NCBI GenBank assembly: GCA_964016885.1
Contig: OZ024745.1
Span: 125,736,001-125,800,000, forward strand
Source of the DNA: Eledone cirrhosa
Taxonomy: Eukaryota
Length of the DNA: 64,000 bases
Direction: 5' to 3'
Shown here: in pieces, positions 26,654 through 40,975 of the stretch
Numbering within the stretch: the stretch's first letter is position 1
Layout of the letters: every line of letters starts with the position of its first letter
Notes under the pieces: model-generated
What the model saw: only the letters and a program-made list of their open reading frames with translations
The model's database searches: none
What the model was told of the DNA's origin: nothing
Position numbers and translations under genes: made by a program

Positions 26654-26983
26654 CTGAATGGACTAAATCTGAATGACTTCATAAAAATTGATTTTGATAT
26701 CCTGTGTTTATCCTTGTTTACTGAAATAAATTTTAAAGTGTAAATAGACTATTTTGTCTTTTCATTAAGTATTTTAGTGTGAAAATGGAACAGCTTAAAA
26801 GTAAAAGTAGCAATGGACCATTGAAATTTTTTGAAGAAAAAATGGTCCATGGGCTGAAAAAGGGTGAGAAGCACTGGTTTAGAGGACTAACAACACACCC
26901 AGGCGCTGGGCATATCAACGAATTAACACGGTAAAATCCATTACAACATCATGTTTTCCTGTATTTTCTGCGTAAAATTCATA

Positions 26984-27040
26984 CTGCCTGATGAAGTCAT
27001 AGCTATTGAATAATGGCTATCACTGAAATATATATAGCAG
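26984..27040 (+). ncRNA. Minimal type I hammerhead ribozyme (family C)
   Basis: ctgc-CTGATGA-agtcatagctatt-gaat-aatggctatcact-GAAA-tatata-TA-gcag; homologue at 60477-60530 (-). Confidence 0.75.
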
Positions 27041-27132
27041 CGAATATGAATAAACGAAGCTAATTTTACCCTGTTGACTTACACTTCTTATATATGAATG
27101 TCTGTAAGGGGTTGAAGTAATTAGGAATTGTT

Positions 27133-27398
27133 ATATTTTGGAAGAATCATACTGGTAATAAGAACACACGCACCAGTTGATTTCGTTTTAGTTTATTATT
27201 AGTTGGGTAATTAATCCCTTCCTTGGTATCCTGCTGTGTGTTTAATTATTAATTGTTAAAGACATTTCGACACATATCCTTTAACGAAAGATCTTTGACA
27301 GTTAACGATTAAACAACCACCTGGATACTAAACACACCAAAATGAAAAATATACTGGTTCGTGTGTTCTTATTGACAGTATGACTCTCCCAAAATATA
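27133..27398. repeat. Old diverged palindrome (~265 bp)
   Basis: Outer arms atattttggaagaatcatactggtaataagaacacacgcaccagt / actggttcgtgtgttcttattgacagtatgactctcccaaaatat and inner arms ending gacatttcg / cgaaagatct pair with scattered mismatches. Confidence 0.8.
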
Positions 27399-27496
27399 TC
27401 AATACATAAGTACTGAAACATACGATTTCACAATAAGAATTTTGCAAAATAATATACAAAAACGAAGTATTTATGTATTCATATGTATATATCCAT

Positions 27497-27615
27497 GAAG
27501 GCGTGTGGCTGAGGGGTTAGAGAATTGAATTCGCAAGCGTGAGGATGTGAGCTCGATTCCCGGACCGGGTAATGCGTTATATCCTTGAACAAGACAATTT
27601 ATTTCACAGTGCCCT
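27497..27615 (+). mobile_element. Second tRNA-derived SINE family, 5' part
   Basis: gtggctgaggggttag (A box-like), gagctcgattccc (B box-like), then tccttgaacaagacaatttatttcac; related body at 43223-43480. Confidence 0.6.
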
Positions 27616-28160
27616 TTCTGCCTAGATTTCCGACCAGTAGATAGTATTAACAATTGGAAAGACCAATGAAAACATTGTTTCCTCGGTTTGATTCAACGAC
27701 CTTCATCTTACTCTTTAAGCGAATGCGGTCTGGAATCTTGTTGACAGGTAGATGTATATATCTGTATGTTTTTATAAAGATAAGCAAAAAACAACAACAA
27801 AAAAACAACAAAAAAAAACAGAACCAGAGGGCATTGTCACTGGGAAACAAATAGAAATAAAATGTCTGCCAGTTTCATCAGTTAAAAGAATACATGTTTC
27901 TAAAGAAACTCCATGTTAGATTTCAGGTCACCATTGTGATTTTTCTCGCTTCCTTTCTTCCCAACTATTTCACTATTTTAATTTTATTGTTTCTAACTCC
28001 CGACCTCTTCCATTCAACATTTTGTGGTTAAAATACTAGCAACTGTGGAACACTGAAGAGGGAAAAGACGGTGCAAACAAAGAGAGGTTATAAAAGAAAA
28101 CAGGGAAATAATACATGTGAGATAATACAAATGACAGCAACAAAGTATCCCGAAAGAGGG

Positions 28161-28276
<116 letters not shown>

Positions 28277-28371
28277 AATTGGAACGGGAACAAAAACAGA
28301 GAGGCAGTACAAACACATGTTTATTAGTTTCACGCTCTTGAGAGTGGGGGGGGGGTACAGAGAGAGAAAGT

Positions 28372-28405
<34 letters not shown>

Positions 28406-29892
28406 GAGAGGGGGGGGAGAGAGAGGGAGAGAGAGAGAGAGAAACAGAGAAACGATGATAGAGAGACAGAGTATACATATGTATGTGTGTGAAGGTGTTA
28501 GATAGGAGGGAGAATGACAGAAACACATGGAGAGGGACCGATAGAAAATGTGTGTGTATGTGTGTATGTATGTGTGTAGAAGTGTGTGTGTGTGTGTGTA
28601 TGTGTGTATGTGTGTGTGTAGAAGTGTGTGTGTGTGTATGTGTGTGTGTAGAAGGTGCTAGATAGAAGGAGAGAGAATGAGAGAAACAGAGACAGAGAAT
28701 ATGTGTGTGTGTGTTTGTAAAAGGACATTGTGTGTGTGGGGGTGTTTGTAGAAGTGCACTGTGTGTATGTGTGCGTTTTGGGAACGGCCCTGTGTGTATG
28801 GGGGTGTAGTAGGCCACGATGTTTGGGTGTGTGTAGAAGTGTGTGTGTGTGTATGTGTATATGTGTGTGTGTGTAGAAGGGCCCTGTGTGTATGAAGGTG
28901 TAGAAGGGCGCTATATAGAAGGAGAGAGATAGAGTGATGAAGAGTAAGCAAATGTAAAACCACCAATGTAGTAAGTATTGTCTCGTGTGACACACGATCC
29001 CTATGTTTTCAAGAGTTATTGTGATACAATGTAGGAAAAACAACCAGAACAATAGCACCTTAATGGTTATGGTGGGATTATTGTTGCTGCTATATTGCTG
29101 GTGTATGTTGGCGATATCTTATATAATAGGACTGCTCGGCCAGATGCTACTTAATTTGTTATTTTATGTTTGTTCCCTTGGCTCTTAAAATATATAAAAG
29201 CTCCTGTTGTTATTTCTATTGTTACTACTTTTACAGCCTATTTTGATGCTTTTCGTTGTAGTTATTGTTGCTTAGCTCCAGATCAGCCTTAATTGATCTG
29301 ACCTATTCCTTTTTTTTTTTTGAAATATCTTGGACTTTGTTTTCTATGATGTATTTTGTATTTTGTTGGGGTTTTTTTTAAAGACCATAGTGTATAATCT
29401 AAGAGAGATCTGATTGCCATTTGTTGCAGAGCTAATGACTGTACGGATATTTCCCCCAAGGGCTCTATATGTAAACGTTGATGTTATTGCTGTTTAGCCG
29501 CAAGTCAATCCTGATTGAGCAGACATAAAATCGAAGACATTATAACCGTGACTATCCCGTGATTTTCCTCTCTGCAGGTATTCCATTGTCCCAACTTGAG
29601 CGACCACACACAGCTTCCATCGTTGGATAGTACATGTCGTTGATGGTATACCGCTGAAGTTAACTTTGCCTTTTATCCTTACGACGTCGAAAAAATAAAG
29701 TACCAGTAATACACTGGGATAATTGCTGGCCTTGTGCCAAAAGTAGTAACAATTATTTTGTATGCATCCCAGAAAATTACTCAAGTCTGACATCAGAAAT
29801 ATACTGTTGTTGCTGCTGCTTAATCCCATGCCAGTGCTGAGGGAAACTCAAGGTAATTGTTTGACTTGCTAGAATTAACAGTGAAATCTTCC

Positions 29893-30107
29893 TTAACCCT
29901 TTATCATTTACATTATTCGATATTTACTATTATATTTCAGCAGTAAAGGCTTTACCTCACATAATATAGAGTGTATGCGATTTTGATATTATTTATTTTG
30001 AGAACAATACCTTAACATCAATATGTGTGGCCAGTTACAGCCGGTTTGATCAGAAAAAGAAGAGAGAATTCTGGCCGGATATGGCCGGTTTAAAGGCTAA
30101 AATGTTA
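29893..30107. mobile_element. piggyBac-like MITE (TTAA-CCC...GGG-TTAA ends); partial second copy at 31806-31920
   Basis: Starts ttaaccctttatcattta; shared tattttgagaacaataccttaacatc...ggccggttt segment; second copy ends aaagggttaa. Confidence 0.55.
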
Positions 30108-30736
30108 TGTCGCACCCTACACTTATATTTTACATATTATTATAATTAGTTTTTTAATTTAGTTAACCTATAATTAGTACTTTACTACAGAGAACTTCAT
30201 AATTTTATTTCCCTCTTACATACATACATATATACATACACACACACATACATACACACATACATACATACAGACATACATACATACATGGGTACTTATA
30301 CACTTATATCCGTATGTATGATATGTATGTGAATTTCATTATATATTTTATTATATAATTTCCGAACGAAAGTGAATATTCGCTAATAGTGAAGAAAACT
30401 GTGTTCGTGAAAACAGACATATTTTTCTGATTTGGTATTATACGTGTCATCCTATCTGGTCTGTTAGAACGTTTAGGTAAAACAGGGATGGGGGGGGGGG
30501 CAACTAAGGGAGATAACATGCCTTAGATTTCAAGAGAAAGATATAGAGAAAGTAGGAGGAGACTAAGATTAAACATGCACACAAACTAATATAGACAACA
30601 CACATAAACACACTATCTCTCTCTCTCACACACACACACACACTCTCTCTCTCACATACACACACACACATATATATATATATATTTTTTTTTTGTTTAT
30701 GTATATATGCATATCTCTCGCTCTCTCTCTCTCTTG

Positions 30737-30776
<40 letters not shown>

Positions 30777-30785
30777 CCTCATATG

Positions 30786-30894
<109 letters not shown>

Positions 30895-30933
30895 CCTCAT
30901 ATGTATGTATATATATATATATATATATATACA

Positions 30934-31151
<218 letters not shown>

Positions 31152-32395
31152 CATATATATATAGCAGAATAGAAATGATCAGTAAAACATGAAAGCCATC
31201 CAGACAAATATTCGTAGATAAAAAGACGAACAGATGAAACACTAAAAAAGCAAGTAGGAAAAAGAAAACTATGACAAGAGAAAACAAAGTAAAAAAAAAA
31301 AAAAAACTATAAAAAATGCAATGTGTTATAAACATAGACAGGAGACGCGAGAATTGGTAAAAATTGTTACGAGATGTTACGTTTCCTTAAATAACTTGAA
31401 CATATCTATATTGGTAGTCTGCAAACGAGAAATACCAGTAACTTTCAGTACTTCAACGTTATTTCCATCCCAACTGAAAATATATTTGAAGCCTAGCATT
31501 ATTATGTCAGATGAGACAAAGTGAAGTTGCGGAAGTACATGCAGATAGAATATAAACTATAGGTTATTTGAAAGCTAATTGTAAACAGATTTCAAGACGA
31601 ACAAATTCAAAATCACCTGCAATTTATATGCATATATTTATATATACAGTGTACCACAGAAATACTCCTTGATTTCAAATACTTATAATATGATAACTTA
31701 GATGAATATTCTTAAAATATTGGTGGCTACAGTTGCATAAACTAACACAGTTTTATGGGGTGCTGCTTGATATCATAGAAACTCAGTGTGTTCCCCTTTT
31801 GTTTCTATTTTGAGAACAATACCTTAACATCCATACGAGTGGCTGGTTACAGCCAGTTTGAACAGAAAGAGATGAGTGAATTCTGGCCAGAAATGACCGG
31901 TTTGAATGTTAAAGGGTTAATCTTCCTCCGGTCAATAAGCAGCTCTAATAGCAAGAACATAACAGCTATAACTTCAGTCTTCATATATCTCTCCACGACT
32001 CTTTTAGTCGTCAACCGACAGATTGGTGTTATCGTCCTCTAATCTCTACTGTTCCCGCTTCACTGCCACTAACATCCATCAACTAATGACCATCATCTTT
32101 GACAGAATTTACTTCATTTCATTAACCACACCCACAAATAGACATTATACCTCCCGATGAGATCTAGTTTGTCGAACTTACCGACCATCGTTTATATGGG
32201 GCAGCTGGAAGACCGAACTCTCGGCATTTACCACTCCCGTACCTTCTCTACTAGATATATGAATGGTATATTCATTCTCACATATTCCCACAAAGCCAGT
32301 TAGATCAGTGATAACACAATTTGTCACTATTCTTTGCGTCATTTGTCATTATTCTAAAGCTTCTCGATATACTTTTAATGTTTTACTACGAAAGA

Positions 32396-32566
32396 TGGAT
32401 TGGCAGTATCGGACGCCATGCTTTCCAGCATAGTTACGTCCCTTTACAGACTGAGTTCAAATCCCGCCGAGATTAACTTTGCCTTTTATCCTTACGGGGT
32501 CGATAAAATAAAGTGACAGTAATGTACTGGGTAATTGCTGGCCTTGTGCCAAATATAGAAACAATA
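32396..32566 (+). mobile_element. SINE with 15-bp TSD
   Basis: ttttactacgaaaga at 32381-32395 and 32567-32581. Confidence 0.9.
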
Positions 32567-32699
32567 TTTTACTACGAAAGAAAACTGATATTATCAGTTT
32601 ACCCCTTATGGTATAAACAATATTTGCATCACGAACAATGAAATATCCTAAATATTCTTGTGCATGAATGACCACATAGGAATCAGCATTGAGTACACT

Positions 32700-32945
32700 A
32701 CGACCAATTAATTCCTCCTTTTACTCGACTTTCGTCTGAAAGTCCCCGAGGTAGGAGTCATGAATCTCCAGAGGAATGTCACCTACATAAATTTGTTCGG
32801 TTGCTCAAATCAGATCTCCTTATTATAACTAAGATCGGATACATACGGAACGAAATATTCCGTACCGAGGCGTGGTGCAGTGAGTCAGAAGATTGGGCCA
32901 TCCATACAAGAAACATATTAAAAGTCAACAGATACCCAGCACTTG
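32700..32945 (+). pseudogene. Degenerate PLE reverse-transcriptase thumb fragment
   Basis: KSDLLIITKIGYIRNEIFRTEAWCS...ILKVNRYP resembles the PLE R...CS...L..NGYP region. Confidence 0.5.
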
Positions 32946-34637
32946 TTAACAATTTCCTTCAGGGCACAATCTCAAGAAAAGGAAGAGCTCTTCTAACAGT
33001 TTCCGAAGACCCACTGGGGAAAAATAAAGAAACCAGGTGCACTTGTTATATAGAAAGTGTGTTTCATATTTCGTAATTCTTCGCTTCGTGAAACAAATTG
33101 AAAGAAATGTAAAAAAATATGACGTTTTTAAAGGCTAAATTTCGATGTAATAGATATATAAAATCCTAGCTAGTGTTGAAATTTTCCGCTTCTTGGGTTA
33201 TCCCTAAAATTCATTAAGTCTAGTAATATTCTCTATAAAGAGTTAAGCAACTTGAAAAATCTTATGATGTAGCCTCAGCGTATCATCATTTCAAATCTCA
33301 CATTTCATTTAAGTAGTACAGAGACGATAACATTTGAAAATTATTTAAGTGTAAGACTATCTTAGCGTTCAATGAAGAACTATTAAATCTAAATTCGTAC
33401 CTAATTGACTAAGGTCTATTCGGAGTGTTTATTTATTTATATAGTTATTTATTTATGTGTTTTGTTATTGGCTTTCAATTTCTTAGGATAAAGAATAAAA
33501 TACATAATTTATGTGTGTGTATGTGTGTAAATGTGTATACGTGTAATGTCACCGCCATATTAACATATAGGATGTTGGTTGAAACATCATCAACACCATA
33601 TTTGTACATTAAAATATTGTGATGCATCCATGACTTCATTAACTCTTTGCCTTTTAAGTCGGCTAATTAGTTATTTTCCACCCATTCTTTGCTGACTCAC
33701 CACTCAACTATATATGCTAATCATGGTTAGCCTCACGAGCTGGAATGGCTCTTCAGGTGCGTCTCCTTCACCATCCTCCGATGGAAACGCCTTCTCTATT
33801 CTCTCCGCCGTGGCCGCCCCGCGGCCATTGCGTGGATCACCTTTGGTTCATAATAGTGACGGATAGGGAGAACACAATAGATGGAGGCACTGACAGAGGG
33901 AGTTTGGTTCCTTTGTATTCGGACCTGTTGTATATATGTATATATTTCCTGATATATTATAAGCGAAGCCAACTTAGATCTGTTCTCTTGCTAACCGGCT
34001 GAAGATGGTTACTCAGGGAGTAAATGATTTCTTTCTTTTATTTATTACGATTCTGTTAGGAGAGAGATCACGTCAATTATCTGAAGAACTATTATCTTTG
34101 TTAGACGAAACTTTCCATGATTTAATTAATAAAATATTTTAGTTATATTTTTAAAATGTTGATGACGAGTCGATAGAATTCTGGAATAATAGCCAAATCG
34201 TTGGATTTGTATCATTTTCCAAATGCTGTTCTGATCTAATACTTATAGATATATGGTGAAGACACCATTTTAAATAATTCAGTTTACAAATTTTTTAAAT
34301 TGTCCAACACCTACATCATTGCAAACATGCACACTCACTCACACATATGGACGCATTCACACAGTCGCTCAAGAAGACGTTGACATTCACAGGAAGGAAA
34401 ACTGTCTTTAATAAAATCTGTTCTTTTATCTTTCAATTCAGTTTAACCTAAACGCCTAAAATCTCACCCATTATCTCTTTAATCCGAGTGGACACGTAGG
34501 GGCGCTATCTTGGTCAAATATGCTTATTGGGCGTATAAACCTAGCAGAACCTGACCCTTTTCAAAGTCGGTACGCAGCCGATTTTTTCCAGAGAGAGAAA
34601 AAAAGAATGAGCGAGAGAGGGAGAGAGGGGGAGAGAA

Positions 34638-34766
<129 letters not shown>

Positions 34767-35375
34767 AAGAAAGAGAAAAGAGAGAAAAGAAAGGAAAGAG
34801 AGAGTGAAAGAGAGCGAGGGGGGGTTATAAAACAAGAAGCTGCATCAATATTGAATTGGTATTGTTTCGAAGTCAAAAAGAGTAATGACTGTTATGAGTT
34901 CGGTGTGATCTGAATTCAAAATGCAGAGAGCTACGACGTTCTAAAGTTCAATTACTTTGCCGCCATTGCTCACAGAAATAATCACTCTTTTAAAAAGGTT
35001 TCCTGTAAGTCTAGATTCATTCTATCCTAAAATTCCCAAGATCTCATGGTAGGATAAATTCTACGTTGGTTCTAACATTTAAAATACAATTAGATATTAC
35101 CCTGGATTGTTCAATGAGACATGGTGGTATAGTTTTACTTTCTAGGCTGTCATGTTTTGTGTCTCCTTTCAGTTCACATGTTAACGCAGTTTTATTTGAT
35201 ATAAGATGAAAAGGGAAACATTTTAATTTAATTATTCTGTTTTGTTTTGTGCTTGTATATTTATTTTGCATTTTATTTTTATTCTCCTTTCCCCATAAAA
35301 TTGGTAATAGAGGCAGAAACAAGAAATAGAGATGTGTAAATATATGTAAATATATCTATATATCTATCTATATCT

Positions 35376-35506
<131 letters not shown>

Positions 35507-35900
35507 TATACACATATATACATATATATACACATACGCAGGCACAATCACACACTAACATACACACACACACATATATATGTATATATATATATATGTG
35601 TATATATATGTATATATGTATATATATATATATGTATATAGGTGTATATATATGTATATATGTGTATATGTATATATGTATATATGTGTATGTACATACA
35701 TATATATATATATATACATATATGTGTGTGTGTATGTAAAAATATATACAGAGAGAGAAATGGAGAGAGAAAGTATTGCTTCGATATTTTTGAATTCTAC
35801 GAAGAGAAGTATGAAAGGGGAAGGGGAAAGACGTAGATCTGTTTGCTCGGCCAATACTGTATTGAGTTCATGTGTACTTTTAGAGAAGTATATATATATA

Positions 35901-35951
<51 letters not shown>

Positions 35952-35990
35952 AATATAAATGTATATATATACATATATACATATATATAT

Positions 35991-36097
<107 letters not shown>

Positions 36098-36632
36098 CTT
36101 CAAATTAATTTCCCATATCGTCAAAGCTGCTTTTTCGGAATAATAATTTTGTAGAATCTAAATTTCATTGATTCAAAAATCCAATTTCATATTCAATTAC
36201 AAGCATTTAAGGACCTACAAGCAGAAATAAAGAAACAACGAGGTGATTGGTGATTAAGGAAATATAAAAAAAGAATGGGAATGAAACTGTAGAGAGGAGA
36301 AAGTCCATAGTCTTGGCTGGTCCGTACATCCCAGCTGCGGCCCTGGATAAGATGTCAAAGTCATTGCAACAGTGATCAACCAGCTTTACCTATTGCATCA
36401 ATCATTAAATATCGTACGGAGCTCCTTCCTCGGGTATGAAGACCCTCTTCATGACTTAGCGGGATACAAATGTAGCCCTGGGACCGGTGACACAATATGT
36501 CGTGTTGACATGTGGCCCCCAAAAGTGGAATTATCTTCTGCTCCTCTGCATTCCCGTGCCGGTGCTCAGGTTTAGGGTTGAAGCAATAAGGCTGGGACCG
36601 CTAAATTATATCTAAAATGTTATCGACTAAAT

Positions 36633-37030
36633 AATTGTTTCTACTTTTGGCACAAGGCCAGCAATTACTCCAGTGCATTACATGTGCCTTATTTTATCTA
36701 CCTTATAAGGACATCCAGAGTTGACATTGAACTCAGTGCTCCTGTGGGAGCCCCTACATTGACACACTGGAAGAGGAAGACCAATGTCAACGTATGTTGA
36801 TGCCCTAAGGACAGACACTTGTTTGTTGCAGACGCAGGACATAGCAGCGATAATGACGGCAGAGACCGCTCGAGAGAACTCGTCCATAGATCTCGGGAAT
36901 TTGACCCGCCCTAGAAAGGATGAAAGGCAAAGCTAACGTCAGCGGCATTTGAAATCAGAACGTAAAGGGCCATAACTTTATGCTGCAAAGCATGGTGTCT
37001 GACGTTCCACTGATACTGCCAATCCACCGT
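36633..37030 (-). mobile_element. SINE interrupted by an RTE-like LINE 3' fragment on the + strand (36737-36900)
   Basis: SINE 3' part 36633-36710 and 5' part 36915-37030 on minus; insert translates VLLWEPLH*HTGRGRPMSTYVDALRTDT. Confidence 0.65.
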
Positions 37031-38597
37031 CTAAATAACATTCGTAAATTTAACGAACTTTAAAATGGCCGACTTATCAAAAAAGACATTAGTGTCATAT
37101 AATACGCATACACACTCACGCCTCATTTTTAGCTTTTCTTTGTATACCTCTTCCATATTTGTTGTTGTTGTTGTTGTTGTTGTTCTTCTTCTTCTTCTTC
37201 TTCTTCTTCTTCTTCTTCTTCTTCTTCTTCTTCTTCTTCTTGAAAATTAAAGCAATATAAAACCACAAAGTTTTATTTACAAGATCTGTTCCCGCATTTG
37301 GACTCTCTATACCAGAAGTTCCAAAACGTGTTGGCGTCATCGCCCACTGTTAGATGGAAAAACTTTCCACCGCCCACCTGTATAGTAAATATTCAAATCC
37401 ATACCAAAAATGTTTGGTTAAATTTTGTGATGAAGTAACAATAGGGATGTAACAAATTACGTAAAAAATCGGTGACTGCTGTTGCTTCTAACATTTTAAA
37501 GAACAAACGAAAGCATATTTGACCATTTAATACTGTATTTTTATTAAATGTAATTATAGAGAATATAATTTAGTTTTATGGTTATGGTTATGGTTAGCGT
37601 TGCAATCGTTGTTCATAATTATAAAATTAAAGAGAATACTAGCAATTAATAAAAATTCAACGAACATTTTTTCATTGTTCCTTCTAATATTTTTCGGCGC
37701 TATATATTAATTTCGCACCTGCTAAAAATATAACCATTGTTGAAATCCTTCACTAGATGGCAAAACCGGTGCACAATTTTTGTGCGCCATTTTCATATCG
37801 AATTAGCAAGTATGTGGGAAATACATGACAGAGAAAAATGGAGTTAAAACATGAGGCGCCCCTTTTTTTAAACGACAGGGGCGAAAATGAAATAACACTG
37901 TTTGCCCAACAAATGAATTCATTTAAATAACTTCTTTAAAACCAAGCTATATCATTTATAATCAAATTTATTTTAATACATTTTAAAATTGTTACAGCAT
38001 TTTAAGCATTTAATGTCTTGCTGTTCTTGGTTTTCCCTTATGCGATTTATATGCGAAAAATTGTTATATCTTCTGAAGAAATATTTGAATGTTATTAGCC
38101 TTTCTCAAAACTCTAGAAAATACCAACATTCTCAGTTTTGGGGTTTGTTTATATCTTACATATTCCCAATTAGGCTCCTGTATTTTTAAATAAAAGTTCT
38201 TTGCATATCTCCTTTGGATATGTTTTCGAGTAGCGTATGCGGAATATTTTCTTAAAACTCAAAATCCTATATTCAAATCCTACACTCAAATTTCCAATCG
38301 TCCACCAGTTTCTGTTCGTTACTCACACAACAGTTGAAATCGCCCACTGGTGATTGTTTTCGGCTCGGTTAGTAAGCCTTGCCCTACAGCTTTATCAAGG
38401 ATACACTACAAATCAAATTAAGTGTGTTCACTGATCTTTAAACAGTTTTTCTAAACAACTATGATATTTGTTTCTAATTATAAATATAGAATGTTTTAGA
38501 AATTATATCAAATCTTATGTATGTACATGTTCATCCATGTTTACACACATTCATACATACATAAGTACGTACATACTTACATACATACTTACATACA

Positions 38598-38793
38598 CAT
38601 GGTAGCTTCCAACTCGTTTTCGAGTACGGCCACTACTTTATATCCATGTAGGAGAACCCCTGCCGATGCGCTGAACGAGTGTGACTTTTTAGTCCAGCCA
38701 GCGACTTGAAAACTCTGGTACAAACACTACACTTGTGACAATTATTGACACATAGTGCTGGGCCCATGGTACCATGTAACAACAAGTGCAGAG
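38598..38793 (-). mobile_element. RTE-type 3' end fragment (C2H2 finger + 3' UTR + (ATGT)n tail)
   Basis: Reverse complement of 40780-40976; encodes CSVCTRVFKSLAGLKSHTRSAHR. Confidence 0.8.
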
Positions 38794-38869
38794 ACATACA
38801 TACACATACATACATATATACATACATGCATACACACATACATTTATACATATATACATATATACAAAC

Positions 38870-38900
<31 letters not shown>

Positions 38901-39004
38901 CATATATATATATATACATACATGAACGTTTATACCGTAAAACGTAGATTCTGTCATAAATTCCTACGCTTTCTCTCTCATATTTATATGAACTGACCCA
39001 CATA

Positions 39005-39101
<97 letters not shown>

Positions 39102-39214
39102 ACACACAAGCACACACAAACACATATACATATGTATATGTATACACACACATATAAATATATACATATATATATTTATGTGTGTACGTACCTTTGCATG
39201 TATGTATGTATGTT

Positions 39215-39947
39215 GGGTCACTCTTGAGTGCTACTGGTAACATGTAACCCAGTACAACCTGTCGCATGGTCGGGTCGTCTGCGACTAAACCGACAACACC
39301 TCCAAGTTTACTTGGTGAGGAGTGAGTTTGGACACCCTACAAAAACAAAACCTGAAACAAAGAGCGGAAGAACTCATAAGAATCAATGGCCATCCGAAAG
39401 TGTGTAAATATATATATATACATGTACCGCGCGGTTAAACCACTGGGAGTTAAGGACCCCTAGAGTTTGTCAGAGCATTCTTCTAGAAGAAGGCAACTCA
39501 GGAAACTGGGATAACTCCGATATAAAACCTGCGGCTCAGTAGTTACCGATGATGTTGATCTTTTCTTCTTTTCGGGTTATAGCTACTGTCTCTCAGAGAG
39601 TGGGATTGGCTCAGTGCACAGTCTTTCCTCACTTTAAAAAATATCTTCACGCACAGGCATTGCATGATAGAATTAATTAATTGTTTCTACTTTTGGCACA
39701 AGGCCAGCAATTACCCAGTGCATTACTGGTACTTTATTTTATCGACCCCGTAAGGATGAAAGGCAAAGTAAACCTCGGTGGGATTTGAACTCAGAAAGGC
39801 AAGGACGGTAACTCTATGCGTCAAAGCATGGCGTCCGATCCTCTACCGATACTGCCAATCCACCGCCTAATGATAGAATTAATTAATAATTATTAATAAT
39901 GGTATATCGTGCAAATGCCATACTCAATAACAAGGGGGCAGTCATTA
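39215..39947 (+). mobile_element. RTE-derived non-autonomous element (family 2), with nested SINE at 39678-39868 (-)
   Basis: 5' part homologous to 40371-40730; bounded by (ATGT)n; SINE TSD atgatagaattaattaat (from 39664 and from 39870). Confidence 0.7.
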
Positions 39948-39966
39948 TGTATGTATGTATGTATGT

Positions 39967-40332
39967 AGAAGGAAAACTCTGATATAACACCTGCAAGCCT
40001 GATGGTATCCAATGATGTTGACTTGTTCTTCTCTTTGGTAAATATCATCTTGGTTAAGAGAGTGGGACTGGCTTTGTGCAGTGCCTTTGCTTACTATAAA
40101 AGCTTCACGGCACAGGCATTGCTTTATATCTGGAGATCTCTCTGCACTTGTCGTCACATGGTACCATGGGCCCAGCACTATGTTTCAATAATTATCACAA
40201 GTGTAGTGTTTGTACCAGAGTTTTCAAGTCGCTGGCTGGACTAAAAAGTCACACTCGTTCAGTGCATCGGTAGGGGTTCTCCTACATGGATATAAAGTAG
40301 TGGCCGCACTCAAAAGCGAGTTGGCAGCCACC
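39967..40332 (+). mobile_element. 5'-truncated copy of bipartite RTE-derived element (family 1)
   Basis: Closely matches 40610-40975; flanked by (ATGT)n. Confidence 0.8.
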
Positions 40333-40370
40333 ATGTATGTATGCATGTATGTATGTATGTATGTTATGTC

Positions 40371-40975
40371 AGGTCACCACTTGGTGCTACTGGTAACATG
40401 TATCACAGTACAACTTGTCTCATGGTCGGGTCGTTGGCGACTAAACTGGCAAACCCACCAAGGTTTCTTGGTGAGGAGGGTGACCTTGGACATCCTGCAG
40501 GACTAAAAACAAAACCTGTCAAAGGGCAAAGGAGCTCCTAAGAGTCAATGGCCATCCAAAATCACTGGGAGAGATGACCCCTTAGCCTTTGTCAAGGCTG
40601 AATTCTAGGAGAAGGAAAACTCTGATATAACACCTGCAACCCTGATGGTATCCAATGATGTTGACTTGTTCTTCTTTTTGGTAAATATCATCTTGGTTAA
40701 GAGAGTGGGACTGGCTTTGTGCAGTGCCTTTGCTCACTATAAAAGCTCCACGGCACAGGCATTGCTTTATATCTGGAGATCTCTCTGCACTTGTCGTCAC
40801 ATGGTACCATGGGCCCAGCACTATGTGTCAATAATTGTCACAAGTGTAGTGTTTGTACCAGAGTTTTCAAGTCGCTGGCTGGACTAAAAAGTCACACTCG
40901 TTCAGCGCATCGGTAGGGATTCTCCTACATGGATATAAAGTAGTGGCCGTACTCGAAAACGAGTTGGCAGCCACT
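40371..40975 (+). mobile_element. ~605-bp bipartite RTE-derived non-autonomous retroelement (family 1)
   Basis: Structured 5' region joined directly to an RTE-like terminal C2H2 finger and 3' UTR; no RT; (ATGT)n at both ends. Confidence 0.7.

Larger units (their letters stand above)
24210..26876 (+). mobile_element. hAT DNA transposon (Buster/Charlie-like), complete but inactive
   Basis: TIRs CAGTGATTCTCAAC / GGTGAGAAGCACTG, perfect 8-bp TSD gtttagag (24202-24209 and 26877-26884) with central TA. Confidence 0.95.

Noticed and set aside
31645-31790. Tc1/mariner-like left end (TA|CAGTGTACCAC)
   Set aside because: No matching right TIR or transposase found.
37247-38441. Kolobok-like element (TTAA-AG...CT-TTAA ends)
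   Set aside because: Putative TIRs match poorly beyond the first bases; TTAAAG is common in AT-rich DNA.
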